A DNA stretch of 64,000 nt. Source: an uncultured Gammaproteobacteria bacterium. Lineage in GTDB: Bacteria > Pseudomonadota > Gammaproteobacteria > Steroidobacterales > UBA11654. Made by a program: the position numbers and the translations under genes. Location: positions 78,294 through 142,293 of the forward strand of contig CACJRN010000002.1 of assembly GCA_902595845.1 (NCBI GenBank), given 5' to 3'. Shown in pieces: positions 8,854 through 19,059 of this stretch. How positions within the stretch are numbered: the first letter of the stretch is position 1; every line of letters starts with the position of its first letter. The notes under the pieces are model-generated. The model was not told the DNA's origin and did not search any database. It worked only from the letters and a program-made list of their open reading frames with translations.

Positions 8854-10227
8854 TCACTCGGTAATTCTAAACTCAGTAACATCTAGTTTTTTTACTGGGT
8901 TCTCACTTCTCGGAGTATCTTCAGGTACCCAATCATATGGAATCGGTTGAGCACGAAACACCCAATTCGTTGATATTTCTCTGTTCTCATCATTCATGAC
9001 TGTATATGTTTGTTTACCAAACCAGGGGTTGATGAATTCCCAAACTATCTCACCATCAGGTGTAACCTGAAACATTCGTCCGTTCATTCCTTCATCGATC
9101 AAAGTGTTTCCATTTGGCAATCGTCTGGCACTTGAAATAAAGGAGCTGCTGAATGTCCAAGAGGCAAGTCCTGACTCAATCCCTGTGTATTGCCAAACAA
9201 TCTCCTTGGTAATCGGATTAATCTCTAAGATTCTTGAGCCATAGAACATGGGAAGTCTCATTGGTGGATATCCAGATGGAGCATTATTATCAAACACGAG
9301 AAGATTCCCCTCTCCTGGAAGTCCTTTTGGAATAATATGTGCATCATGTTGACCACTTGTCTGATCTAAAGGTCTTGGTACATGTGTATCAAATCTTGGC
9401 CTCAATTCTGGAGAACTCATCGTCGGGTAATCTGGTCCTACTCTCCAAACAATACTGCCTGTCGATTTTTCTATTATCGCAATAAAGCTGCCTTCCCTAG
9501 AGTCGATCACAATGTTATCAGGATGAAAGCGTGTATCACCAGAATCAAACCATTTATTAGGCCCAATTGGAGCCATGTCATTGATCGTGATAAACCCTGC
9601 TGGTAATCCACCGCTGTGATCGATTAAAGCTCTCCAAAGATCTAAACCCTCATCTGATAACCCAAATTCATTGATGTGATCTCCTGCTCGCCAACGCCAA
9701 ATTTCTTCTCCATTGGGAGTGATTTCAACGATTGCCTCGTCAGCAATAATTTTATCTCCCAAATCTGGGACGATCCTCTTTTCCTTGATGACAGCCAACG
9801 TATTACCATTTGGCAATCTTGCCCAATCATGGCTTTGTTGAGCGCCATCAGGGTCATCACCTCGCCAACGCCAGACGATATTACCATCCCAGTCCACTTC
9901 ACCAATTTCAATATTGCTGAATATTCCACCCCACATGCCTGCTTTATTTTTTGTTTGAACGAGTAAATGTCCCTTTTTACCACCATTGATTGATGGATCA
10001 ATTAATTCACTTGGAAATCCAGCCAGCTCCCATCTATGAACTTCATTTCCAGCCATATCAATCAGGTGTGTTTTTCCTATTGGAGATGCATAGAGCACAT
10101 AACCATTCCATGCTTTTTCAGGATCATAGATTGTCGTTCCTGTGGGGTAAATTGTGGGATTCGCAAGAATGGATGAGAATCCAATGGCAAAGAAAATACT
10201 AATTATGCTGTTTATTGTTTTATTCAT
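8854..10227 (-). CDS. secreted beta-propeller protein, arylsulfotransferase (ASST)-like
   Basis: It has repeated RLPNGNTL blades and an HDAHIIPKG...GNLLVFDNN motif reminiscent of the ASST family. I chose the start at the internal ATG 10227, which gives a signal peptide MNKTINSIISIFFAIGFSSILA. The track ORF extends to 10266, into the upstream terminator. Confidence 0.55.
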   Translation of the reverse strand: MNKTINSIISIFFAIGFSSILANPTIYPTGTTIYDPEKAWNGYVLYASPIGKTHLIDMAGNEVHRWELAGFPSELIDPSINGGKKGHLLVQTKNKAGMWGGIFSNIEIGEVDWDGNIVWRWRGDDPDGAQQSHDWARLPNGNTLAVIKEKRIVPDLGDKIIADEAIVEITPNGEEIWRWRAGDHINEFGLSDEGLDLWRALIDHSGGLPAGFITINDMAPIGPNKWFDSGDTRFHPDNIVIDSREGSFIAIIEKSTGSIVWRVGPDYPTMSSPELRPRFDTHVPRPLDQTSGQHDAHIIPKGLPGEGNLLVFDNNAPSGYPPMRLPMFYGSRILEINPITKEIVWQYTGIESGLASWTFSSSFISSARRLPNGNTLIDEGMNGRMFQVTPDGEIVWEFINPWFGKQTYTVMNDENREISTNWVFRAQPIPYDWVPEDTPRSENPVKKLDVTEFRITE

Positions 10228-10264
10228 GACGATAGTAAAATTTATATTATTGCAATAATTTTCC

Positions 10265-10301
10265 AAAAAAAACCCCAGCTGAGATCAGCCAGGGTTTTTT
10301 T
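10265..10301 (-). terminator. Rho-independent terminator after the TonB-dependent receptor gene
   Basis: On the minus-strand RNA, CCCUGGCUG-loop-CAGCUGGGG forms a 9-bp stem including two G-U pairs, followed by a U8 run. It lies 20 nt after the receptor stop codon. Confidence 0.75.
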
Positions 10302-10320
10302 ATTGAACTTCAGTTATAGA

Positions 10321-12882
10321 TTAAAAATCATATGAAATTCTTAGACCCATATTTCTTGGTCTCATTGGAGACACAGAAATACCTTGGAAGGCTGTGAATA
10401 CAGCGAATGCACTCGGTGAAGCAAAATCACTCCATCTCGTACAAGCTGTCCAAGCTTCCTCATCAGCTACATTATTAACATATAGCTCCATTCGAAGATT
10501 ATCTCTTTGGATACCTCCGCGAGCATTGATAAGAGTGTAGCTATCACATGTAGCTAGATTACTCTCATCTGCATATGTTTCACCAAAGTAGTTTAGGTCT
10601 GCTCTAAAGAACATATCCCAACCGTTATTCATGGTGTTTTTATATGAAGCACTCAATGAGCCCATATCTTCAGGGTATCTTGGCATTGTATTGCCAGCCA
10701 TCTGAGAATATTTCGCAAAAGCGCTTACAAAGTTGTACTGATAGTCATTGAACTCAGAATCCGCCATTCCAAGTGTTCCAGTTACAGTCCAGTTATCGTT
10801 GACGGCAATATTACCTTCGATTTCGATACCGGAAATTTCGGAATCACCCATAGTGGCAAAGTTTCTTACGTTATATACAAGATTACCTTGTGTATCTCTG
10901 ACCTTATCACCAATTGCATTACAGACTCTATTAGCTGCTGTTCCACCAATATCAGCTGCTCGGCATGATTCGTTTACAACGGCTGTACTTCTTCCTTTTT
11001 GATTGGCCCAATCAGCTTGGTACAAAGCTACAGAAAGTGTTGCTCTTCCATCGAGAAGAGTCCCTTTCCAACCGATTTCCATGCTATCCAGTTCTTCTTC
11101 TTCTAGGAACCTTTTAACATTAGGCTGAGTTGCTCTATATTGCTCAAGCTCATAATCTGTTGCATTTGCTACAGCATCATTTGCTTTACCAGGAAGAACT
11201 CCTTGTGAGTAACTGGCGTAGAACATTGAGTTGTCATTTGGAATATATCTCAAGATCACACGAGGAAGAGTGCTATCAAATTCAAGTTCATTGATATTTG
11301 ATCTAGCAAAAATTTGTTCAATTTTCTCTTCTTGTCTTCTCACTTCAACACTCAAAGTCAATGAGTCGCTGATGTCATAATCAATACCAGCATAGATACC
11401 GGTTGAAACAACATTGTCTGAGTTATTACCAGAACCAACATCAACAGAGTTATTGCCTCTATAACCATTTGGCAAGAAAGGTGCACATGGTCTGTTTTGA
11501 GGTTGAGATATATCAACTCCACCCCAAGGAATTGGAGCACCAAAACTATTCACGCACTCAATGATAATTGCACCACCTTGTCCTCTATGGATAAAGTTTT
11601 GCTGATATCTATTGGCACCGATAAGCCATCTGAGACGACCATCTTGATTGCTGATGTATTTAATATCATAAGTTCTATCATGAGAGATATAAGGGTCTCT
11701 TGATGATGAGTTGCTTTGAGCACTGTAGTCAAAGTCTCTTATCCACATGGTTGCGACATGATTATACCCAGCACTGGCTTCAATAGTTCCACCATTGTCC
11801 ATGTCATATGAGAAGTTGGCATTGATTCGATCAATGTCTCTTGCCATACCATATGAACCAACTGCAAGTGTAGGAACCTTTCCATCAAAACTTGTTGAAA
11901 CTGGACTTCCACCATACAACCAAGCTGACGCCAAGGAGCTCAATGAAGTATTCATGTCAATGACATTGGTTCCACCAAAGTAGTCAATCGCTTGACCAGG
12001 TCCTGGAACATTACCGCATACATATAGTGACGGATTTACAGTTGGGTTTGCTGGATCACCTGTTGAGACTGTTTTACCAGTACATGTGTCATTTCTATAC
12101 CCAAGAATATAACCACCTGCTGGTCCGCCATCTCTGTCTTCACTGTGAAATGCTCTTAACTTTAGCTTCCAGTTATCACCCTTTGCAACAAGGCTTCCGG
12201 CGATAGATTCTGTTTGCTCTTCACCCATTTCACCACCATCAGATGCAGTGAAGATGCCGTCTCTTTCATAAGATTTGACCGCAATTCTTCCTGATAACAT
12301 ATCCGTGATCGGTCCTTCGAATGAACCGTAGAAAATCATCTCCCCATCTTCACCTAGTGTGAGATCGATGCTTCCTTCAGTTTCTTCTGAATTAGGATCT
12401 TTTGTAATGTAGTTGACAGCGCCACCGAATGTTGAACGACCATAAAGTGCAGACTGAGGTCCTTTTACAACCTCAACTCGAGAGACTTCTTCCAATGGGA
12501 TTGAGTGATAACCACCAATCACATAAATACCATCCACAAACATTGTGGCAATATTTAAAGAAGGATCTTCAGATAGACTGTTTACGTTCATCCCTCTGAA
12601 TCTCAACTGCGAGTTCACTCTTCCTGGTGCTTGACCACCTTGAGCAGAATGCTGGAAACCAGCAACTTGCAATGAAAGATCTTCAAGGTTTTTAAATCCA
12701 CTTTCTTTAATGTCTTCTTCTGAAAACACAGAAATAGAAAGAGGGATCTCAGACAGGTTTTCCTGTCTTTTACGGGCTGTAACTACTATTTCTTCCAAAG
12801 TATCTTGTGCATACAAGCCAGGAGATAAAATCCCACTCAATGCAACAAAGAAAACACTGGATAAAACAATTAGTTTTTTCAT
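10321..12882 (-). CDS. TonB-dependent outer-membrane receptor
   Basis: 853-aa ORF with a signal peptide, a TonB box and plug region (DTLEEIVVTARKRQENLSEIPLSISVF), a long beta-barrel, and a C-terminal aromatic residue (...LRISYDF). Confidence 0.95.
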   Translation of the reverse strand: MKKLIVLSSVFFVALSGILSPGLYAQDTLEEIVVTARKRQENLSEIPLSISVFSEEDIKESGFKNLEDLSLQVAGFQHSAQGGQAPGRVNSQLRFRGMNVNSLSEDPSLNIATMFVDGIYVIGGYHSIPLEEVSRVEVVKGPQSALYGRSTFGGAVNYITKDPNSEETEGSIDLTLGEDGEMIFYGSFEGPITDMLSGRIAVKSYERDGIFTASDGGEMGEEQTESIAGSLVAKGDNWKLKLRAFHSEDRDGGPAGGYILGYRNDTCTGKTVSTGDPANPTVNPSLYVCGNVPGPGQAIDYFGGTNVIDMNTSLSSLASAWLYGGSPVSTSFDGKVPTLAVGSYGMARDIDRINANFSYDMDNGGTIEASAGYNHVATMWIRDFDYSAQSNSSSRDPYISHDRTYDIKYISNQDGRLRWLIGANRYQQNFIHRGQGGAIIIECVNSFGAPIPWGGVDISQPQNRPCAPFLPNGYRGNNSVDVGSGNNSDNVVSTGIYAGIDYDISDSLTLSVEVRRQEEKIEQIFARSNINELEFDSTLPRVILRYIPNDNSMFYASYSQGVLPGKANDAVANATDYELEQYRATQPNVKRFLEEEELDSMEIGWKGTLLDGRATLSVALYQADWANQKGRSTAVVNESCRAADIGGTAANRVCNAIGDKVRDTQGNLVYNVRNFATMGDSEISGIEIEGNIAVNDNWTVTGTLGMADSEFNDYQYNFVSAFAKYSQMAGNTMPRYPEDMGSLSASYKNTMNNGWDMFFRADLNYFGETYADESNLATCDSYTLINARGGIQRDNLRMELYVNNVADEEAWTACTRWSDFASPSAFAVFTAFQGISVSPMRPRNMGLRISYDF

Positions 12883-12982
12883 ATAAATGCTCCCCTTATT
12901 TAAGTAAAAAAGTAACTGATAAATAATACTATATCGATTTGACAGTTGACTACCAAATTTGTTGTTATTTCACAACTTTATG

Positions 12983-13717
12983 CTAATAGAGCTCGACCAG
13001 CTCATAATAAGTTTGCATATATCCACCAACGGCACCCTTTAGGAAAAGGTAATCACCATCATTTGTGCACCAAACATCATAGGGTGGATGCTCTTGAGGT
13101 AAACCAGGTGTGCCCACAAATCTGAAGTGCAATGCGTCAAAAGTTCCAGCTCCAACCGTCACTTCTTCCTCTCCAACATACTCAATATTCATAGTTATAG
13201 GGAAAAGCATGGGTCCAGTCGCGCCTCTGTGATCAGGAGAAGACAAAAGGATTTCTCCTGAGTTTTGCACTTTTTCATCACTGCTTCTATCAAAAAGTCT
13301 TAAATGCCAAGCATCACATGCAATGGCATGATTTTGAAAAGTTTTTAGACGACCATCTGTTTTCATTTTTTGACTCACACGACCCTCTTGTGCTGTTGTT
13401 GTTTCACATTCAGCATGACCATCAGTAAAGTTAAACCAACCCGATCCCATGAATTGATCATCGACAGAAATCCTGACAAAGCAATCTGTAGGAAGCCAGT
13501 TTTCATCCAAAGAATAGGTGATATCCCTCATCACAGCTGGACGATCATCAATTTCGCAGTGCGCCACTATTTTTCTATGACCATTTGCATGTTTATTGAT
13601 GATGAAATACTCTCTTCCTCTCTCATGCCCTTTCCTATCCTCTTTATCTGAAAGATAAATGATTTTCCCCATCACTGTTTCGTGATCAATTTGTGTGATG
13701 CTTTCTTTATCACTCAT
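12983..13717 (-). CDS. hypothetical protein (no recognisable motif, no signal peptide)
   Basis: 244-aa ORF whose start overlaps the stop of the upstream lipoprotein gene by 4 nt. This suggests translational coupling and supports it being a real gene. Confidence 0.6.
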   Translation of the reverse strand: MSDKESITQIDHETVMGKIIYLSDKEDRKGHERGREYFIINKHANGHRKIVAHCEIDDRPAVMRDITYSLDENWLPTDCFVRISVDDQFMGSGWFNFTDGHAECETTTAQEGRVSQKMKTDGRLKTFQNHAIACDAWHLRLFDRSSDEKVQNSGEILLSSPDHRGATGPMLFPITMNIEYVGEEEVTVGAGTFDALHFRFVGTPGLPQEHPPYDVWCTNDGDYLFLKGAVGGYMQTYYELVELY

Positions 13718-14193
13718 GATTTCTCCTCGGTGTCATTGTCTAGTTCTCTTGATATTTCTGGTTCACCAGTAACCTCAGGTTCGACCTCTTCCAAAGGCTC
13801 CGCTTTTCCAAATTGAACCATTAAGTTATAAAGTCCTGTCTCATCGAGCTCTGTGACATTCGTGATTGAATACCTAGGCTGGAATATATCATTTGGTATG
13901 ATTAGTTCATCTCCAGCATATCCGCAAATCCTTCCAGTCCAACTTCTAAAACTGATCATGTCTGACCCACCAAGATCCAGATTAGGCGGGCTTATTTGAA
14001 GATGATATGCTCTTTTTCTAGGTCTTCCATATACAATCAGGTTTCCTCTATCTAAAACTTCATAATCATTGATACTCGTAGTATTAAAACAAGTTGGTCT
14101 ATTGCTGGCATTGATACTGGTTTGAGATCCTGATAATTCACCATCAGATGCGCATCCGACTACTATCAAGCTAATGAAAAATATTGGGATCAT
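13714..14193 (-). CDS. hypothetical lipoprotein
   Basis: 159-aa ORF whose N-terminus MIPIFFISLIVVGCASDG carries a lipobox (VVGC). The C-terminal tail is acidic. Confidence 0.65.
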   Translation of the reverse strand: MIPIFFISLIVVGCASDGELSGSQTSINASNRPTCFNTTSINDYEVLDRGNLIVYGRPRKRAYHLQISPPNLDLGGSDMISFRSWTGRICGYAGDELIIPNDIFQPRYSITNVTELDETGLYNLMVQFGKAEPLEEVEPEVTGEPEISRELDNDTEEKS

Positions 14194-14310
14194 TTTTTTG
14201 ATTTTAATTTTAATTCCTCTACTCCGGATTTAGCTGTTATTTTCTGACATTTTAGGTCAGAATACTTCAAATTATATAACTGTGCACAAAACAATCACAA
14301 AAATAAACCC

Positions 14311-15063
14311 ATGGAAAAGATATTAGTTTGTATAAAACGCGTCATTGACTACAACGTAAAAATAAGAGTCAAACCAGACGAAACGGGTGTTGTCACTGAA
14401 GGTGTAAAAATGAGCATCAATCCTTTTGATGAAATTGCACTTGAGGAGGCGCTCAGAATCAAAGAAAGTGGAAATGCCTCTGAAGTCATAATAGTTTCAA
14501 TTGGCCCAGATGACTCTCAACAGCAACTGAGAACGGGATTGGCTATGGGAGCAGACCGAGCGATACTTATTAAACATGATGAGGAAATAGAGCCTCTAAC
14601 GGTTGCTAAAGCGCTTTATGAGATTGTGGAACAAGAGCAACCAGGTTTAATCATGATGGGCAAACAAGCAATTGATGATGATTGCAGTCAAACAGGACAA
14701 ATTCTTGCTCAATTATGCTCAATTCCGCAGGCCACTTTTGTTTCACAAGTGTCAATTGAAGGAGACAAAGCAACTGTCGTTAGAGAGATTGACCAAGGTT
14801 TAGAAACACTTGAGGTTGATCTGCCAGCAATCATAACAACTGATCTCAGACTAAATGAACCAAGGTACGTAAAGCTTCCTGACATTATGAAGGCAAAGAA
14901 GAAGGCTCTTGATGTCATTGAATCATCTGAGATGAAGACTGATTTCACCTCAGCAATTGAGGTAATAAACGTCTCACCTCCACCTCCAAGAGAGTCAGGT
15001 GTAATGGTTGAGGATGTAAATGAGCTTTTTGCAGCTCTTAAGGAAAAGGGGTTGGTGTCATGA
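14311..15063 (+). CDS. etfB: electron transfer flavoprotein subunit beta
   Basis: 250-aa ORF with MKILVCIKRVIDYNVKIRV and typical ETF-beta sequence. It overlaps etfA by 4 nt. Confidence 0.95.
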   Translation: MEKILVCIKRVIDYNVKIRVKPDETGVVTEGVKMSINPFDEIALEEALRIKESGNASEVIIVSIGPDDSQQQLRTGLAMGADRAILIKHDEEIEPLTVAKALYEIVEQEQPGLIMMGKQAIDDDCSQTGQILAQLCSIPQATFVSQVSIEGDKATVVREIDQGLETLEVDLPAIITTDLRLNEPRYVKLPDIMKAKKKALDVIESSEMKTDFTSAIEVINVSPPPPRESGVMVEDVNELFAALKEKGLVS

Positions 15064-15998
15064 GTAAGGTGCTTATTGTTGCTGATCATTTTGATGGACA
15101 ACTTCTTTCATCAACATCAAAAGCAGTCAATTGCGGATCACAAATTTCTGAAGACCTCGATGTTTTGGTCTTAGAAAAAGGCTCTGAAATCGCATCACAA
15201 GCAGCAGCTATTGATGTAGTGAAGAATGTTCTTTCAATAAGCAACGAAGCATTTGAGCAACCGATTGCAGCAATTATGGCACCAGTGGTGGCTGAGGTTG
15301 CAGATGTCTATGATTACATTCTTCTTCCATCCACAACATTTGGTAGAGACTTGGCGCCAAGAATCTCAGCAATTCTCGATGTCAATCAAGTCACAGATAT
15401 CATGTCTGTTGAAGAACCAAGAATATTTAAAAGACCAATCTACGCAGGCAATGCCATTCAAACAATAAAAATATCAGATGGTCAAAAAATATTGGCAACA
15501 GTTAGAACAGCATCTTTTAAAGAGCTTGGAAATGCGAACAATGCAAATGTAATAGATACTGAAATGCCTTCGGTTGAAATCCCAAGTCATACTCGCTATG
15601 GGGGCGTTCAATCTGAAAAAACGGAAAGACCAGATCTTCAAGTTGCATCAACAGTTATTTCTGGCGGACGAGGTGTCGGTAGTGCTGAGAACTTCGAATT
15701 GCTTTATGAACTAGCGGATAAACTTGGTGCATCGGTTGGTGCCTCAAGAGCTGCAGTCGACGCAGGCTTTGTCCCCAATGACATGCAAGTTGGGCAGACT
15801 GGAAAGATTATTGCTCCAGACCTTTATTTTGCTCTTGGTATATCAGGCGCGATCCAGCACATAGCTGGTATCAAAGATGCTGGAACAATTGTCGCAGTCA
15901 ATAAAGATGCAGATGCCCCAATATTTGAAATTGCTGATATTGGAATTGTTGCTGATCTTTTTGAATTTATTCCTGAATTGATTTCTAAGCTTGACTAG
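15060..15998 (+). CDS. etfA: electron transfer flavoprotein subunit alpha
   Basis: 312-aa ORF with the FAD-binding C-terminal block [10 protein letters not shown]...[25 protein letters not shown]. Confidence 0.95.
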   Translation: MSKVLIVADHFDGQLLSSTSKAVNCGSQISEDLDVLVLEKGSEIASQAAAIDVVKNVLSISNEAFEQPIAAIMAPVVAEVADVYDYILLPSTTFGRDLAPRISAILDVNQVTDIMSVEEPRIFKRPIYAGNAIQTIKISDGQKILATVRTASFKELGNANNANVIDTEMPSVEIPSHTRYGGVQSEKTERPDLQVASTVISGGRGVGSAENFELLYELADKLGASVGASRAAVDAGFVPNDMQVGQTGKIIAPDLYFALGISGAIQHIAGIKDAGTIVAVNKDADAPIFEIADIGIVADLFEFIPELISKLD

Positions 15999-17193
15999 CT
16001 CCATAACTGCAAGAAAGCCCTCTACTCTTCTATTAGGATTTGCGAGCGGAATGTCACCGTTTGGTATGGCAATCGTTGTTCCTACACTTGAATTATTTGC
16101 CAACGAATTTCAGTCAAATTATTCGACAATTCAGTTCATCATCTCTGCCTATCTTTTTGGTTTGGCCATTGCTCAGCCATTTATGGGCTTCTTGTCAGAT
16201 AAGCTTGGAAGAAAACCCGTCATGATATCTGGGATCATTCTATTTATTTTTGCTTCATATATTTGTATGACAGCTGAAGATCTTTCAACACTGATCATTG
16301 CAAGGTTCTTTCAGGGCATCGGAGGGAGTGTTGGTACAGTGACATCAAGAGCCATTATCAGAGACAGTTACTCTGGTGATATGGCAGCAAAGTCTCTCTC
16401 TAGAGTGACTGCTACCATGGGCATGGCCCCGATGATAGCCCCTGTAGTGGGTGCGTTTGCACTCTCTCTTACAGGATCACCGAATGGAATATTCATGGTT
16501 ACTTTATTCATTGGATTTGCCATTTTGATTCCTGTTCTCTTCTTTTTACCAGAGACAGTTACTAAGAGTGATTTAGAAAGAGAAAAATCTGTTTGGTATA
16601 AAAATTATTATAAGCTTCTAAGATCAGAGATCTTTGTTGGATCAACATTCATTTATGGATTCACTACGGGTAGTTTTTTTGCAATTCTTGCCGTTGGATC
16701 AACTGTCTTTTCAAAGAATCTTGGTATAGAGAGCACTGGATTTGGTTTGATATGGAGTTCATTAACCATTTTGTATGCATCAGCTTCATTTTATGCTGGA
16801 AGCCTTACGGCGAGAATTGGACTGATGCGTGTCCTAAATTTGGGAGTATCATTAAATTTGATAGCAGGATTTTTCTTTGCATTACTCATATATTTTACAG
16901 GCACAAACATTTACTCAATCATTCTTCCGCTATCTTTAATGTTTTTTGCCCATGGGTTTATTGTTTCAATGTCCATGGCTAAAGCGGTCAGTGATTTTCC
17001 AAATATTGCTGGAGCAAGTTCTGGATTATCAAGCTCTTTAGGTCTTGTTACTGGAGGTCTATTCAGTATTTTATCTGGGTCAATATATTCGGGTGAATTT
17101 TTTCCAATTGCAATAATTGTTTGGCTTTCAACTTGCTTTTGCTATTTGTGTTTTTTACTCGTTCGCTTAGGTGAAAAAAAGAAATCGCTATAA
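15991..17193 (+). CDS. MFS transporter, Bcr/CflA drug-resistance-like
   Basis: 400-aa polytopic ORF with a TTG start overlapping the etfA stop. It has the motif GFLSDKLGRKPVM (MFS motif A) and about 12 TM segments. Confidence 0.8.
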   Translation: MTSSITARKPSTLLLGFASGMSPFGMAIVVPTLELFANEFQSNYSTIQFIISAYLFGLAIAQPFMGFLSDKLGRKPVMISGIILFIFASYICMTAEDLSTLIIARFFQGIGGSVGTVTSRAIIRDSYSGDMAAKSLSRVTATMGMAPMIAPVVGAFALSLTGSPNGIFMVTLFIGFAILIPVLFFLPETVTKSDLEREKSVWYKNYYKLLRSEIFVGSTFIYGFTTGSFFAILAVGSTVFSKNLGIESTGFGLIWSSLTILYASASFYAGSLTARIGLMRVLNLGVSLNLIAGFFFALLIYFTGTNIYSIILPLSLMFFAHGFIVSMSMAKAVSDFPNIAGASSGLSSSLGLVTGGLFSILSGSIYSGEFFPIAIIVWLSTCFCYLCFLLVRLGEKKKSL

Positions 17194-17198
17194 TTGTC

Positions 17199-17870
17199 TT
17201 AACCAAGACTTCCTGGTTTAGCAATTCCAATCCACGCCTCAACAATCAATAAAACCCATATGCTAAGTACAAAGATTCTTGCCTTATCTAAGCTTGCTTT
17301 CATCTCGATATCATCTGCTTCATTGATGTTATCAGTTGCTATATTGTGAATGCCTTTGATGAAACCACCGATATATTTTCTAATCATGATTCCACAGAAG
17401 ATCAGGCCTGCAAACACAACGAGTTTGTAACCGACCCATGGTTCTGCATCTAGGCGATCAGTATAAAACCCATAGTAAACAGATGCCAACAAAGTGAAGA
17501 CCATCACCCATCTAAAGACATAGTCCACTTTTGTCATTTGTTTAACAAGATCAGTGCCTTCATTAAAATGCATATAAAGAAGAGCACAAAACCAAACTGG
17601 GCCCAGAAGGATGATTCCAACCCATTGCCATGTAGGATGATCAATCCCATAGTACTCAGTCAGGATTCCTCCCACGGTCAGCATCAAGCTTAAGCAAAGT
17701 CGAGGAATGAGATCTAGGTTGATCATGATTTTACCTGCCATTTGCCTCGCTTCACGAGATAAGCTTCGATTCACCGACAAACCACTGGAATAAAAGACAC
17801 CTATATCTCCTCCAAGCCAGTAAACAAATAATAGTAAGTGAATTAATAAAGCTATGTCATGACCGCTCAT
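17199..17870 (-). CDS. hypothetical integral membrane protein
   Basis: 223-aa ORF with about 6 hydrophobic segments. I recognise no family. Confidence 0.55.
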   Translation of the reverse strand: MSGHDIALLIHLLLFVYWLGGDIGVFYSSGLSVNRSLSREARQMAGKIMINLDLIPRLCLSLMLTVGGILTEYYGIDHPTWQWVGIILLGPVWFCALLYMHFNEGTDLVKQMTKVDYVFRWVMVFTLLASVYYGFYTDRLDAEPWVGYKLVVFAGLIFCGIMIRKYIGGFIKGIHNIATDNINEADDIEMKASLDKARIFVLSIWVLLIVEAWIGIAKPGSLG

Positions 17871-17958
17871 TGATACCCCCTTTTAGTCATATTTAGTGTT
17901 AATGATTATATGACATCGTGATCGAACGTCAATCAGCATGAGAATCTGGTAAAATAGA

Positions 17959-19044
17959 GTGATGAGTATAAAAGAGAAAACAATGGTCGATATTTGGAAA
18001 GCTACATGCATGCAAACCATGAATCATGTGGTAAACAGAGCCACAAATCGTGATGAAGCGATGTTGATTGTCAACAAAAGTTTAGACCGTTGGGATGAAC
18101 TATTGGGATCGTTGGTTGCCTCGAATGGCTCTATCAAGCAACTCTACTTATTCCCTGAGTTTAACCTCCAAGGCTTCCCACTCAATGAGAACGTGAACGA
18201 ATGGATAGAAAAAGCATGCCTTAGGATCCCGGGATCAAGTGAAGTTGAGAGAATCCAGAAAATGGCTCAGAAGTATAAAATTTATATTGGTGCAAATGCT
18301 TATGAATCACCCGATGATTGGCCTGGAAGATATTTTAACTGCTCATTTTTGATTGACCCTTCTGGCGATATCATTCTGAAATTCAGAAGAATAAATACGA
18401 CAGAAGCAACTTCACCTCATGATGTATTAGATGAGTACTTGGATAAACATGGAGTAGAAGGACTGTTACCAGTTGCTGAAACTGAATTGGGCAATATTGC
18501 CATGATGCCTTGTGGTGAGATCGCTTGGCCTGAAACGGCAAGGGCCCTCACAATGAGAGGTGCCGAGATCATACTTCATCCAACATCTGATCATGGAAAA
18601 TATGATCAATTGGCTTGGGAGTCTTGCAAAAGAGCTCGCGCTGCAGAAAATATGGTTTATTTTATTTCATCTAATGCAGGTGGAATGATTGGAGGCCCTC
18701 TTCCTGAGGGTTCAAACTATGGTAACTCAAAGATTATTGATTTTAATGGTCAGGTAATGGTTCAAAACCATGGTCCTGGTGAAAGCTCTAGAGCGTCTGC
18801 TGTTATTGATATGGATGCTTTGAGGCGAGTCAGAACAGCAAGTCCAGGTATTTATGGTTACAACCGTTTAGGGACTCTTCGGACAGAGGTTTACCGCCGA
18901 GTATATGAAGAGACTGTTTTCTATCCATCAAACTCTTTTGCTGAAAAACCGATGTCTTCAAAGAAACAGATTGGAGAGAATATAGAGGATACCGTCAATA
19001 GGAAGATCAACGAGGGTGTTTTTTATCCTCCAAAAATCACTTAA
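17959..19044 (+). CDS. carbon-nitrogen hydrolase (nitrilase superfamily) protein
   Basis: 361-aa ORF. The block LYLFPEFNLQGF holds the catalytic Glu, and AMMPCGEIAWPE holds the catalytic Cys. The start may be GTG 17959 or ATG 17962. Confidence 0.8.
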   Translation: MMSIKEKTMVDIWKATCMQTMNHVVNRATNRDEAMLIVNKSLDRWDELLGSLVASNGSIKQLYLFPEFNLQGFPLNENVNEWIEKACLRIPGSSEVERIQKMAQKYKIYIGANAYESPDDWPGRYFNCSFLIDPSGDIILKFRRINTTEATSPHDVLDEYLDKHGVEGLLPVAETELGNIAMMPCGEIAWPETARALTMRGAEIILHPTSDHGKYDQLAWESCKRARAAENMVYFISSNAGGMIGGPLPEGSNYGNSKIIDFNGQVMVQNHGPGESSRASAVIDMDALRRVRTASPGIYGYNRLGTLRTEVYRRVYEETVFYPSNSFAEKPMSSKKQIGENIEDTVNRKINEGVFYPPKIT

Positions 19045-19059
19045 CTAAAAAGATCACTG

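Noticed and set aside
12921-12975. GTTGT-N6-ACAAC repeat and GATAAATAATAC segment upstream of the TBDR, considered as Fur or other operator sites.
   Set aside because: The arms are very short (5 bp) and the match to the Fur consensus is poor. I could not support a call.
17886-17914. GTCATAT-N15-ATATGAC inverted repeat upstream of the CN-hydrolase gene.
   Set aside because: The arms are AT-rich 7-mers with a long spacer. This is plausible by chance in an AT-rich intergenic region, and no supporting context such as a nearby regulator exists.
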